From NCBI RefSeq assembly GCF_036321535.1, contig NC_087447.1:35342001-35406000 (forward strand): 64,000 nucleotides of DNA. Direction: 5' to 3'. The translations under genes and the position numbers were made by a program. The notes under the pieces are model-generated. The model ran no database searches and was not told the origin of the DNA. It saw nothing but the letters and a program-made list of their open reading frames with translations. Of the stretch, positions 49,981 to 62,060 are shown one piece after another (within the stretch, counting starts at the first letter, position 1; each line of letters begins with the position of its first letter). This stretch comes from Camelus dromedarius. Taxonomy: Eukaryota.

Positions 49981-52900
49981 ATCCTTTGGGTTCCTTAATC
50001 CATTTTTTGAAATTTTGTGATATATTGAGGTGAAAAATTCTCGGGGTTAAGTGAGGCCTAAGATTCTTGTCCCCCTCTGTCACTTCCTGTGTGACTTAAG
50101 GCAAGCTATAACATACAGCAAGTAGAAGTCTTTGTCATGACTGATACTAATTGGCCTGTTCTGCTCAATGTGTTTGAAATGACCACAAGCCACCATTCCT
50201 TGGAGTAATGTGTTGAAGCAAAGATATTCAAATGATAAACAGGTTTGCAATTGTAATTTTTATAAGTGTAGTTGAGAATTGAAGCAGATTTTGGAATGAA
50301 ACTTGTGTAAAGCTGTGTGTGAACAGAGCTGTACACAGCTCGTCCCATAAAGCCATTTGGGTGTTATCAGAAATGAGTGCTCACTAAAGGCATCATGTTG
50401 TGAAGATTACTGTGCTTTTTGGAGGAAGGTTTAGAAGATTTAGATCTTGAAGTCTCAAGAGATTATGTCTGACCTGATCTCTCTCCCTCATCCCTTTGCC
50501 TCATCAAATTAACTTCCATTTGAAAATGGATAGAATCCCATATGTCTTCTAACATCTGAGGTCTTATTGCACAAAAAAAGAGAAAGTCCTCCATACGTTT
50601 CATAATCATGCAGATCACGAAGGCTATTGTTACTTTTTATACTTTGATAAGGTATTTGTATGAAAGGTTTTAGGGTTAAGACATATTAAATGTTCCTGTC
50701 TGTAGTGATACACTACTTCATTGCATTTTTTTGAAGAGCCTTAAGGAAAGGGAAGATGAAGGAAACCTGCAATTACTGAGTGCTTAGTGTATGCTAGGAC
50801 CTGATGGAGGGAATTTACTTACATAGTCTCATTGATACAACAGTCTAACAAGGGAGATGACATCATCTCTGTTTTTTGGATGAACAAAGGTTCAGAGAGG
50901 TTAAGAAGTTTGTTGAAAATCACACAGATAGTAAGTGGAAGTATTGGAACTTAAATCGAAATTTGTCTGACTATAAAGCCCATTTCCTTACCTAAAAATG
51001 CTTTATTTCCTGCATTTATCATATGAACATTGAACTGTCATCATATGAAATGCTATATCAGTTTTACTTGTTCTTTTCTCAAGGAGATACATGAAATGAC
51101 AAAGGTATCAAGTCTCCAGAATTGGAACACTTCCCCTGATGTGAGTATTCTGAAAGTATAATACTCATGCAATCTTCCTGAAAAAAAAATTCAAAGATTT
51201 ACTTCAAGAAAATAAAAAATGAATTCCAGTAATTCAGCCTTTGATTTAAAAAGGGGGCAAGCTTTGGGTATGGCTGGTTCCAGACATTCAAACAAAGTCA
51301 TTAGATCTTAGTTTCTCTTCATCTTTCAGTAGTGCTCTTCATCTTGGTGTTACTCTCCACTGGCCGATTACCATTAATTCCAGCCTTTTATCCTCCAAGG
51401 TTAAAATAAGAAAGAGAATCTTCTAAATTATAAACAAGTCTTAGGCCTGATTCTCATCAGTGAACCAATTAATCTGGCTAAAGGCTTGCAATCCTCTGAT
51501 AAGCTGTTCAGAGTCATGTGTCTATCCTAGAACTGAATGGGGAGGGGGTGGAATAAGGGCCACCCAAAGCAGATGGACTAGGACTGGAAGAGAGTGTGTC
51601 TCCAGAGGAAAACAGGTTCTGTTAGTGGAAGAAGAGGAAATAGATGCTGAATAAAAACAGTAATATTCTCTATAGGCAATGAACCAATAAATCAGGAAAA
51701 TTGTTAAGATCAAATAATCACCGATAATGTTAATGTGGCATATGATGCAGTTGTTAAATGTTAATGTAATAACAAATTGTAAATAAAAGTCTAGATGATT
51801 TCAACACATATTTGAGGCACAGTAAAGAATTGTTGAATGAATGAATGAGACATTAGGAGGTTCAGGGTGGACTGGGTGGAGTAAAACATTCTAAATGCCT
51901 TGTTAAGGAGAAAGGTTATGGATACTGACTAATCTTGGTGTTTTTAGGATAGTATACATTGAATTATGTTAAGCATTCAAAGATAATCACTATTGAAATT
52001 AAAAAGATGGGAATTTCTAAACCATTGATTTTGAAAAAGGAAAATTTGTTTTATCCAGCAAAAGTTAGGTTGAGAATTAAAAATAAATATACATTTTAAG
52101 CCTAAATATACCCATGATATAGTAAAGAATATACCATAATAAAATAAATGCACCATAATAAAAGGTAAAGATTTTTCTAAGAGACAAAATCAAATTTTAT
52201 GTTGTTTACAGGAGATAAACCTAAGACAAACAACATCCAATAAAGGGATGGATAAAGATAAACTAGGTAAGTGATAATACAGAAAGCAGGCATTGAAAAA
52301 CTAAGACAGAATAAAATTCACAGCAAAAAAAAGAGACGTATTATTTTATAACCTATAAGTGATACAATTAATAAGATGTAACAGTCATAAGCTTTAAAAT
52401 ACCATATAATAGAGGGAACAAATATAATGCAAATTTTGTTAGAAATAAAAGAATTTTGTTTCAGTCATAGGAAACTTAAACTTACCTCTCAGAAATGGAC
52501 AAACCAACTTTGAAAAAATTAAAGTACAGTAAAAGTAAAGACATAGAGAATGTGAATAACACTATTTTTAAATGTTGATTTTGTATATTTTAATTATTTA
52601 TCAAATCTATGCACCAGGCATTGTTCTAAATACTTTATAAACATTTAATCCTATAACAGTCCTCTGGGACAGACATGTTATTATCGTCACTTTACAGAGA
52701 GAGAAACCAAGGCATGGAAAATGTAAGTAACTTGCTTTGGGTCACACAGCTAAGTAAATGGCAAGGCTGCGTGTGGCTCTGCAGTCCGTGCTCTTAACTC
52801 CTATGCTGTGGGTGCACACGTATATAGACTTTTGTACCTTACAGTAAGAATATTTTGGGTCTCCACATTTGGTTCTTTTCTTCTTGGGCTTATGGGAAGA

Positions 52901-53289
52901 CAAGGCTTTGAAGATCTCTTGCAGTAAAGAAGAGCAATGTGATTTGTTATAGCCAATGAAATAGAACAGAGATGACAAGTATCATTTCTGGGCCAGTACT
53001 TTTAAAAGCTGGCCGACCACCTTGAAACTCTCTCTTTTGGGGTGATAGCCATGACTTAAGATGGCAGAGCCACAAGATGAGGTTGCTTGAATCCCTGAGT
53101 AACCACACAGAGAACCACATGGAGAGGGGCGGCCCTGGAGATTCACCCAGTACATGGGGTAGACTTAGAAATAAACCTTTATTGTGTTTATATAATAAAG
53201 GGATTTCATTACTGACTCTGCCCTGATTATTACATACCCCAAATGAAGAATTCACATTCTTTTATAATTTAATGTAACATCCATAACAG

Positions 53290-54130
53290 TAGGTAATGTG
53301 ATGAGCCACAAAGCACATCCTAATACATTTCCATAGGAGAAACTATACAGACACATTCTCTGACTCAGGTGCAATAAAGGAAGAAAAAAATTTAGAAAGA
53401 GCGGGGAAGCAAGAAGAACATAACTACATGGGGATTTTCAAATAATGGATACTTTTCTAGGAAAGGATTCAATACTAAACCCAGGAAGAGGCAGCAAACC
53501 TTAAATGACTAATACTCATATTTAAAAGGTAATAATAGAACTACCCCATCTCTACCTCAAGGCAGCAGAAAATTGTGGGAAATTTCTGAATTATTTCTGC
53601 AAAGTTAACAAACTTGTTAACAAAACTGAATAAGAACAGTTACACACATAAAAAGGAAACTGTAAGCCAATCTTATCTATTAATATTAATGCAAAAATTC
53701 TAAACAAAATATCAGCAAATAAAATTCAGCACCATACTGAAAGATGTAAAAATATACATTTAAAAAACCCACCATGATCAAGATGAGTTTATCCCACGAA
53801 TGCAAGGATAATTTAACATTTGGAAATCTTTTCATGTAATTCAGTATGTTACTCGACCAAAAAAAGAAGAGCTATATGATCATTTCAATAAATGCCAACA
53901 ATTCATTTGATAAAATTCAAATTTAACATCTGTTTCTAAGAAAAACCCCTTTATAGTCTGAAATAGAAGAAGATTTCATTAACATAATACCTATAGCAGG
54001 TACAATTCCTAATTGAAACATTAGAAACATTCCCATTAAAGTCTGGAACAAAACAGGATGTTATTATTGAAAATTGTTCTGACAGCCCTATCTAATGTGA
54101 TAGGATGAAAAACAAACAGGTATAAGGTAT
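53290..54130 (+). mobile_element. Old LINE-1 ORF2 fragment
   Basis: Relics of FIPGMQGWFNI (tttatcccacgaatgcaaggataatttaacatt) and ISIDAEKAFDKIQ (atttcaataaatgcc...tttgataaaattcaa) coding; approximate. Confidence 0.7.
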
Positions 54131-56997
54131 AAATATTAGAAAGGATCAAAATGTTATTTTTTCATATCTTCTTTTGTTTTTCATTAATCTTTTTTTTGTC
54201 AAATAAAGCACAGAAGTAGAAAACTACATCATATTCAATTATTAAAAAGCAAATACTCCTGTTTCTGTCACCCAGCTCAAGAAATAGAACTTTATCAGTC
54301 AACCAGATGCCCCTCTATATGCTCAATCATAATTCTTGCTTTCCCCCAAAACAAACCACTGTTCTTTTATGATGATCACTTACTTGAAAAATGCTGTAAT
54401 TTTTTTCAGGTGCACTTTCAGAGGATGTGATTATATACCTAGAAAGTTAGGAGACTTGCCTGACTGACCTGTTAGAACTAATGAGATCAGTGGGATGGAC
54501 TTTGCTCCTACAATTATCTTCTCTTTCCTAAATCATCTATTTCTTCTGCCCTATTGAAATACTCTTTCTCTAGTATCTCCTGTTTAAAAAGAAAGAAACA
54601 AACAAAAAACCCTCTCTTTACCCCACATTCCCCTCCAGCTGCTAGCACATTTTTCTGCTCCTCTTTAGAACAAAACTCCTGAAAGAGCTAGCATCATCTC
54701 CGTGGCCTGATCTCACCTCTGCTCGTGTAAACTGGATTCTCGCTGCCTCACATCACTGACATTGCTCTTGTCAAGGATCCCAATGACTTCCCTGTTGCTG
54801 AATCCAGTGGTTACACTACTGTCCTCAACTTGGAGTAGCGTTAAAGGCAATTGAAAGAATCTTCTTAAAACACTTTCTTCTCTTGGCCTCTGTGATATCA
54901 CATTCACCTGAGTTTTTCTCCCTCCTTGGTGTCTGTTCCTTCTGTCTCCTTTTCTGGCTCCTCCTCTGCTTAACCTCTGAACCTTGACATGCCCCAGGGT
55001 CTAGTACTGGACCTCTTTGTTGTTCCTTGATTCATTCTCTCCCTAGGAAATTTCATCCAGTCGTGCAATTTTATATACTGTCTTTATATATGATCTTTAT
55101 ATGGTGACTTCTAAATTTATATCTCTGCTTGTGATCTTTCTGAATTTTGGAGTCCCATTTCTTAATGCCTGCATGATATCTTCAGTTGGATAGCTAGGAG
55201 GTATCTCAAGCCTTACAAGTTTAAAAGGAGACTAAATTTTTTCCTCCCTGACAAACCTGCTCTCCCTTTCCCCATCTGCATCTCAGTAAATAGAACCACA
55301 GTCTACCCAGTTGTCAAGTAAAAATCCTAAGAATCATCCTTGAAACCCCCTTTCCCTTACTACCCCTCTCCCCTAGACCCTGCCATTAATTGGTGTGTTG
55401 ACTCCATCTCCGAAGTGGATCCTCAGCTTGTCCTATTTCCCGCCTCCATTCTGCCCCATATCCACCATTGTATCTCAGCTGGGCTCCTTCAGTAGTTATT
55501 CAGCCAATCTCCTTGCTTCCACTTTTAGTCTTTGCCCCCACACCCACCACCACAATTAATCACCTGTCTGCCTTAGAACTGGGAGGAGGGAGAAAGGGTG
55601 TGATTTTGGAGCCCTTTTAAACTCCATCCTGAAAGATTGATTTGACTTTGTAAAAACAAAAAAGTTGTACAAGCCATCTTAAATGGAGTTAAAGACAAAT
55701 AGAAGGCTTAGATGGCAGCAATGCATGTAACGGTTAATATTCATATCTAGAGATGAATCTAGAATATAAACAATACAAAATAACCAGATTGAAAAATGAG
55801 CAGTGATATAAGAAATGCACATGTGAACAAATGTCTGAAAAGATGCTCAGCTCTGCTAATAATTAGAAAAATGCTAATTATGGATATTTGTTTTTGCTAT
55901 TCAGATTATTGAAAATTAAGATGAATAACATACACAATTGGCTAGAATGAGGAAGTTGTTTTACATTGTTGAGAGTAGTTATGTGGGTTGGTGTAATCTT
56001 TTTGGAAGGCAATCTGGCAGTATTCCACATCTGGGAGTCAGTTCTACAGAAATACTAGACTGAATACATATCTGCACAGATATTGGAACATAGGTTCTAG
56101 CATTCAGTTGTCATTCACTGAATAATTACTTACTGAGAAACTACTATGTGCCAGGCCCTGGGATAGCCAATGAAGATTCAACAGAAAAAAAAAAAAAGAA
56201 AAAAAAATCTGACACAATTCTTTCCCTGTGAGAGATATAAGTAGACAAATAGTCAACAATAGTCACGCTAATAGCTGTAACAATGGTTGGTACAAGTGCC
56301 AGTATGAGAAAGGGACAAATGGGGAATCTAATTTAGGCTGGGGGAAGTTTTACTATCAGGCAAAAAACTGACCCTTTAGTGAAAACCTGAAGGATGAGAG
56401 TGTTAATCAGGTGAAGAGGCAGGGGTTGGGTGTGTGTGGTGAGAGATCTTCAGGTTAAGCACGAGCGAAGCTCCCGAGGTGGGAAGGAACTTTGATAAAG
56501 GACTAGAACACAGAGCCGTGGATGGAGTGCAGTGAAGAGGAGAGTGATAGGGTAAGAGGCAAGAGGGGTGAATAGGGGCCAGATTTGGGGCCTTTACAGA
56601 TCATGGAAAGGAGCTTAAATTTCATCCTATGAATGATTGAAAGCCATTTTATAGTTTTAATCAGAGTAGTGGCATAATCATGTTAGCATTTTTAAAGTGT
56701 GGCAAAAATTGTGTGCACTGTATATGATAGTTTTTGGCATATTTTTAAAATAAGAATGGACAGAAGGAGAGACCTGAGTGGAAAAAGGAAAACCGGTGAG
56801 GAGGTAATTGCAGTAGTTCAGAGATGATGGTGGATTGGACAAGGGCAGTGGCAGAGGAGATGGGGAGAAGTAGATCATTTCAAATATATATTGAAGTAAA
56901 AGAGACAAAATTGACCCAATTCGTGGGATGGAGGAAGTGAGAGAGAAGCTTATGAAAGAAGGAAGGAGGACTTGGAGGGCAGGGAGATCAAGCTTAC

Positions 56998-57695
56998 TTT
57001 TTTTTTATTCAGATGAAATTCACATAAAGTGAACAGTGCTGTGGCATTTAGTACCTTCACAATGTTGTACAACCACTACCTCTAATTCCAAAACACTTCC
57101 TTCATTCCAAAAGAAAACTCTGTACCCATTAAGCATTCACTTCTCATTTTCCCCTGATACCCTCCTTCACACAACACCCTTGCCCTTGGCAACCACCACA
57201 CTGTATTCTGTTTGTATGGACTTAACCTATTTTGGATATTTCATATAAATTGAGTCATGTGATATGTGACCTTTTGTGTCTGGCTTCTTTTATGTAGCAT
57301 AACACTTTCCAGGTTCATCCAAGTTGTAGCATGTATTAGTACTTCATTCTTTTTATGGCTGAATAGTATGAATAGATACTGTATGTATCTACTAGCTTCT
57401 TTGTCCATTCATCCATGGACATTTGGGTTTTGGATGGACGTTTGGATTGTTTCCACCTATTGTGATTATTGCTCCTGTGAACATTTGTGTATAAGGATTT
57501 GTTTAAGTACCTGCTTTCAGTTCTTTTGGACGTATACCTAGGAGGGGAATTGCTGGGTTATCTGTCAATTCTCTGTTTAACTTCTTGAGGAACCGCCGAA
57601 CTGTTTTCCATAGCAGCTGAATCATTTTACATTCCCATCAGCAATGTTCAAGGGTTCAGATTTCCACTTCCTCACCAACACTTGTCATTTTCCCA
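56998..57695 (-). mobile_element. LINE-1 3' end (L1MB-like)
   Basis: T-tract then antisense 3'UTR (ccttggcaaccacc, aggttcatccaagttgtagcatgt, gaggaaccgccgaactgttttccatagc). Confidence 0.85.
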
Positions 57696-58254
57696 AGTTC
57701 ACTTTTGAATATGGTAAGATGCCAGTGTGTCATGGAAGTAGAGATATAAAATAAATTATTGGATATAAAGGTTTGGAATTCAGAAGGGAGATTTGAGCTA
57801 AAAATATATATTTTGGAGTTGTTAGCATATCAAGGATACTTAAAGACACCAGAGAAATGACACTGACAAGGAAAAGGACATGGACTGAGAAGAGAAGAGG
57901 GCCTAGATCCTTGCCTGGAGAAAACCTGAATATCTGGAAGGAAGAAAAGAAGGAGCTGGCAAAGAAGATAGAAGAATCAGTCTAAAGGCACCATCAAGCC
58001 AGTTTAGCAAGTAAGAAACTGGAGATTGGTATGTATCCCCTCTCAAACATGTTCTGCTGAAGATCCAGGCAGTGCAGTGAGTTGTCTTTTTTTTTTCTTT
58101 CTTTAACCATTCATGGAACCAGTACTTTTAATATCTCAAAAGCCATATCTCAGGGTCAGAAAACTCTTTTGCCATAGATTCTGCAGATCAAGATGATAGG
58201 ACAAACATAAGGAGAAACACCATTTCCTGTCTGGGTAACACCCAAAGCTTCTCA

Positions 58255-58698
58255 TTTTGGTACAAAGATGTTCATGTCCTAATCTCTGGAATCTGTGACT
58301 GTTATCTGCCAAAAGAGACTTTGCTGATGTAATTAAATTAAGGATTTTGAGATGGGGAGATTATCCTGGATTATCTGGGTAGCCACAAAGTATTCACAAA
58401 AGTTCTTACCTGTGATAGGGGAAGACGGGAGAATGAAATTCAAAGATGCTACATTACTTGCTTTGAAGATGGATGCATGGGTCACAAACCTAGAACCAGG
58501 GAAAGTCAAGAAAACAGATTCTCTTCTGGAGCCTCCAAATGGAACATAGTCCTGCAGACACCTTGATTTTAGATCAGTGAAACCCATTTTGGACTTCTGA
58601 CCTTCAAAACTAAGATAATACATTTGTGCTTTTTTTTTTTTTTTTTTAATGGCTAAGTTTGTGGCAGTTTGTTACGGGAACAGTGGGAAATGAATACA
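58255..58698. mobile_element. MLT1-type MaLR LTR
   Basis: gactttgctgatgtaattaaattaaggattttgagatggggagattatcctggattatctgggt...ttgttacgggaacagtgggaaatgaataca. Confidence 0.85.
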
Positions 58699-59539
58699 TT
58701 CACTAAGATTGCTTCTTTTCTCGAGTGTCTTGACTTATTTACCTCTTCTATAGCTTCCATGGAAATGTCATTTTTTTCACTCTGTGATATCATTCTGGTA
58801 TTAAGAATCAAACACTTCTAATCAGGCAAATACATATTTTCTCCAACTGATAGTTCTTTCTTTGTGCCTTCTCAGAGTATGTGAATTTATTTTAAATTGT
58901 ATCACTGAGTCCAATGAAAATTCTTAATTAGTGGAATTCCAGGCACAATGCTGGAGATGTTTTGGGGAGGGTCAGGGTCATCTTCTGAATTCTGTCAGAG
59001 AAATGGGAAAGCCCCAATGCCTGTAGTCTCCCAGGGTTGTGGGATCTAAGTATGTTTAGAGAGGCTCAGAAAAGATGTCTGCTTTGCTCAGTCCTTCAAG
59101 GTGACCTTAGATAGGGTTCATTAATACCAACTACTCAAGCCTCTCCACCTCAGGGCCAGTGCCCAACCTATTCTCCTGATCTCTTTGGCAATGGGCTCAC
59201 TAAATGACTTGGCCCCATCTCTCTTCTCTAACAGAGATGGTTCAATCCCTCCCATAGACCCAACTTGAGGAATGCTATCTTTGACCTCAGCTTGGTTCTA
59301 AAATGTCTCTACTTGGTCAGTGCTTTTCATGGTATTGTAATAAGAACACCAGATTTAAAGTCAGAATGTTTTTGCTTGATTCTTGATTCTGTTTACTAGC
59401 CTGTACCAGAAAAGGGTCATAGAGCCTCCTGTGTCTGAGTTTCCTTATCTGTAAAATGAGGATAATATTTACCTCATAGAATTATTATGCAGATAAAAGG
59501 AAAAATGCATTTGAAAGCTGTAAATGTCCTGCATTAAAA

Positions 59540-59905
59540 GTATATCCATACTCAACAATGAAAAGGAACAAATTACTGATACATGCAACAAAATGGGTGA
59601 AGTTCAACAGCATCATGTTAAGTGCCAGGAACTAAAAACCTATACACACCATATGATTCCATTTATATTACATTCCAGAAAAGGAAACAGTAGAGGGACA
59701 TAAACAACATTAGTGGTTGCCAGGGGCTGGATGTTAGGGGAGAGGATTGAAACAAGGGAGCTTTTCTGAGGTGATGGAAATGTTCTATATTCTATTTGGT
59801 AGTTACACAACTGTATATGTTTGACAAAACTCACAGAGATGTACCATCTCAAAAGGGTGAATTTTACTGTATGTAAATTGTATATCAACAAACTTGACTT
59901 TTAAA
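59540..59905 (+). mobile_element. Old LINE-1 3' end
   Basis: atatgattccatttatattacattccagaaaagg, ttagtggttgccagggg, ttttactgtatgtaaattgtatatcaac. Confidence 0.8.
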
Positions 59906-60217
59906 GAACTGAAGCAAAAATTGTAGTGTGATATATATATATATAGTCCTTCAGGACAGGATCTGATGGACTGAACACTCAGTAAATAACCTAGTCCAAA
60001 TTTTTGGCTTCTGTGACATGTTGTAAACATATGATTTTCTGCTAAGATAGCATGCTTATCTATTTGCAGCTTTAAACTTTAATTGGGAAATACTGAGTAC
60101 TTCCCTTCTAAAAAGGTCAACAATTGCTTTGCCTTAAGGAACAAGGGAAGTCACCAGGAGAGTGATGAGGTAGGGCTGGACTACCAAGTAACCTAGAAGC
60201 ATAGAGGTATCTGGGAA

Positions 60218-60332
60218 GTGTGTGTGTGTGTGTGTGTGTGTGTCTTGTGTGTGTGTCTTGTGTGTGTGTGTGTGTGTGTCTTGTGTGTGTGTCTTGTGTG
60301 TGTGTCTTGTGTGTGTCTTGTGTGTGTCTGTG
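60218..60332. repeat. Compound (GT)n/(GTCTT) microsatellite upstream of TPH1
   Basis: GT runs repeatedly interrupted by CTT. Confidence 0.95.
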
Positions 60333-60524
60333 TTGGGGATCGGGGGAGGTGGTTCCTGCTTTGGTCGCCAACCGGGAGAAGCAGTACAAGCCTATGGGAG
60401 GTCATTATGCCAATAATGAATCTTGTCTTGGTTTGGAGGGAATTTTCAACGCTGGATTGTTTAGTATTAGTCAGACTCCTGTAGTTAAGAGTGGTCTAAC
60501 ATTAACTTAATTAAAACACCAGTC

Positions 60525-60720
60525 AGATACACGTGAAGACTAAGGCGTGAGAGTCTCGGCGCAGGCTGGCGGACAGTCAGAACCCAGAGGCGGTCAGCTC
60601 CCCGGACGCTCCCCACGACCGGCAGGCGAACCTCTTTCTCATTGGCCACCGCCCGGCAGCCTCGGGCGCCCATTGGCCCGCCCCGACTCCCGCTTCTATA
60701 AGAGGCGGACAGCGGGAATC
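60525..60720 (+). promoter_or_regulatory. TPH1: TPH1 promoter
   Basis: CpG-rich; E-box CACGTG 60530-60535; inverted CCAAT (ATTGG) 60641-60645 and 60672-60676; GC box CCGCCC ~60678; TATAAG 60697-60702. Confidence 0.8.
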
Positions 60721-60724
60721 CGCG

Positions 60725-60757
60725 GACAGACCCAGCTCACCGCTAGTGGCGCCCAAG
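60725..60757 (+). other. TPH1: TPH1 exon 1 (non-coding)
   Basis: About 25 nt downstream of TATA (start approximate); consensus donor AAG|gtgagt (GT at 60758). Confidence 0.7.
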
Positions 60758-61943
60758 GTGAGTGCGGAGGCCCCTTCCCCCGGGACCGGGGACCACCGTC
60801 GCGAATATGGGGATGCTGCGGCTCTGGGAAGAGTCAGGGTCACCCTCTGGGAGATAAACGCCCGTGGGAAGCTGGGCCTGGGAAGTGAAGTTGTACCCCT
60901 GTGGTCACTCACTCTTCTCCTTTCCTCCTATTCTCTTCGTGGAGAAAAGACTATTTTTGAGCGCCTCCCTTGTGCTAGAAATAGGCTCTTTGTATATTAT
61001 CTGATTTCACCTCCCCAGCAAACTCTGTGAGGTAGATATTTCGTGAACTTTACAGGTGAGGAAACTGAGGTTCAGAGCTGAACCCAAGTCTGTTTGATTC
61101 TCCTGTGCTAGCAGAAACAGACACATTCTTTTTCCTTCCCTTCCTCTCCGTCTAATGGCAACATCTCTTTTCCTTCTCTTCCTATAAAGGCAACCCTCCC
61201 TTAGACACCCCCAAAGAAAGGGAGTCTGATGCAAAGCCTCTCAGCATCTCATCTCATCACCTCCACCCAAGCCCAGGACTAAGACCTTGGGTACCAGGTT
61301 ACAACTGACAAAGAGGCATAGGGCCTAGTAGTTCAGATCCTGTCGATAGTCCAGGTAAGCTTAACTTTGTCTCTGATCATTGGGTTTTCAGAGGTTTAAG
61401 TTAACTCCCCACTGATGCTCTACTGTCGTTGACTTGGGGAAAAAAATACCAGAGTTGAACTTTTTAGTACTGAATCACTATATTGTACACCTGAAACTTA
61501 AAAAAAACAAAACAAAAACAAAAACAAACAAACAAAAAAAACCGGACCCAGTATAAAAAAGAGCTGAAATTGTAGGGGGAGAGGAGGTAGACTTTCATAG
61601 AGGAAGAGTGCCCAGTTCAGGCCACAATAGCCAGGAAGACTGCAAGAAGCCCATGGGCTTGAGTCATGCTCTGAAAGGATTAGATTAGAGAAAAAGAAAA
61701 GGAAACTACTAACTTGTATTGTATGCCTATTAAATTCTAGGCACTGTGCTAGGCAATGTTTTATCTTATTGTGGTCTCATTACAGCCTTGCAAAGTATAT
61801 CTGCATATGCATGTTTTACAGGTGAGGAAACGAAAACTTGGTTAATGTTACCGAATGTTGTGTATGTTACCAAATATTGTCTACGTTATACCACTTCTCT
61901 ATATTTTCATATTTTATTTTTAGAGAAGTATACCAAATTCATT

Positions 61944-62060
61944 ATGATTGAAGACAATAAGGAAAACAAAGACCATTCCTTAGAAAAGGGAAGAGCAACT
62001 CTCATTTTTTCCTTAAAGAATGAAGTTGGAGGGCTTATAAAAGCACTGAAAATTTTCCAG
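61944..62060 (+). CDS. TPH1: Tryptophan 5-hydroxylase 1, first coding exon (gene continues beyond the window)
   Basis: MIEDNKENKDHSLEKGRATLIFSLKNEVGGLIKALKIFQ matches the TPH1 N-terminus; acceptor tttttag at 61923, donor CAG|gtaagc; 117 coding nt. Confidence 0.95.

Noticed and set aside
60117..60510. Cys/Val- and Thr/His-rich ORFs
   Set aside because: Translations of the (GT)n microsatellite
60740..60754. CTCF-like CCGCTAGTGGCGCCC in TPH1 exon 1
   Set aside because: One base short of the core spacing (AG-R-K-GGC); not supported without ChIP data
61746..61943. N-terminal extension of TPH1 in the ORF track
   Set aside because: Starts at GTG in MIR-like intronic sequence and crosses the acceptor at 61923
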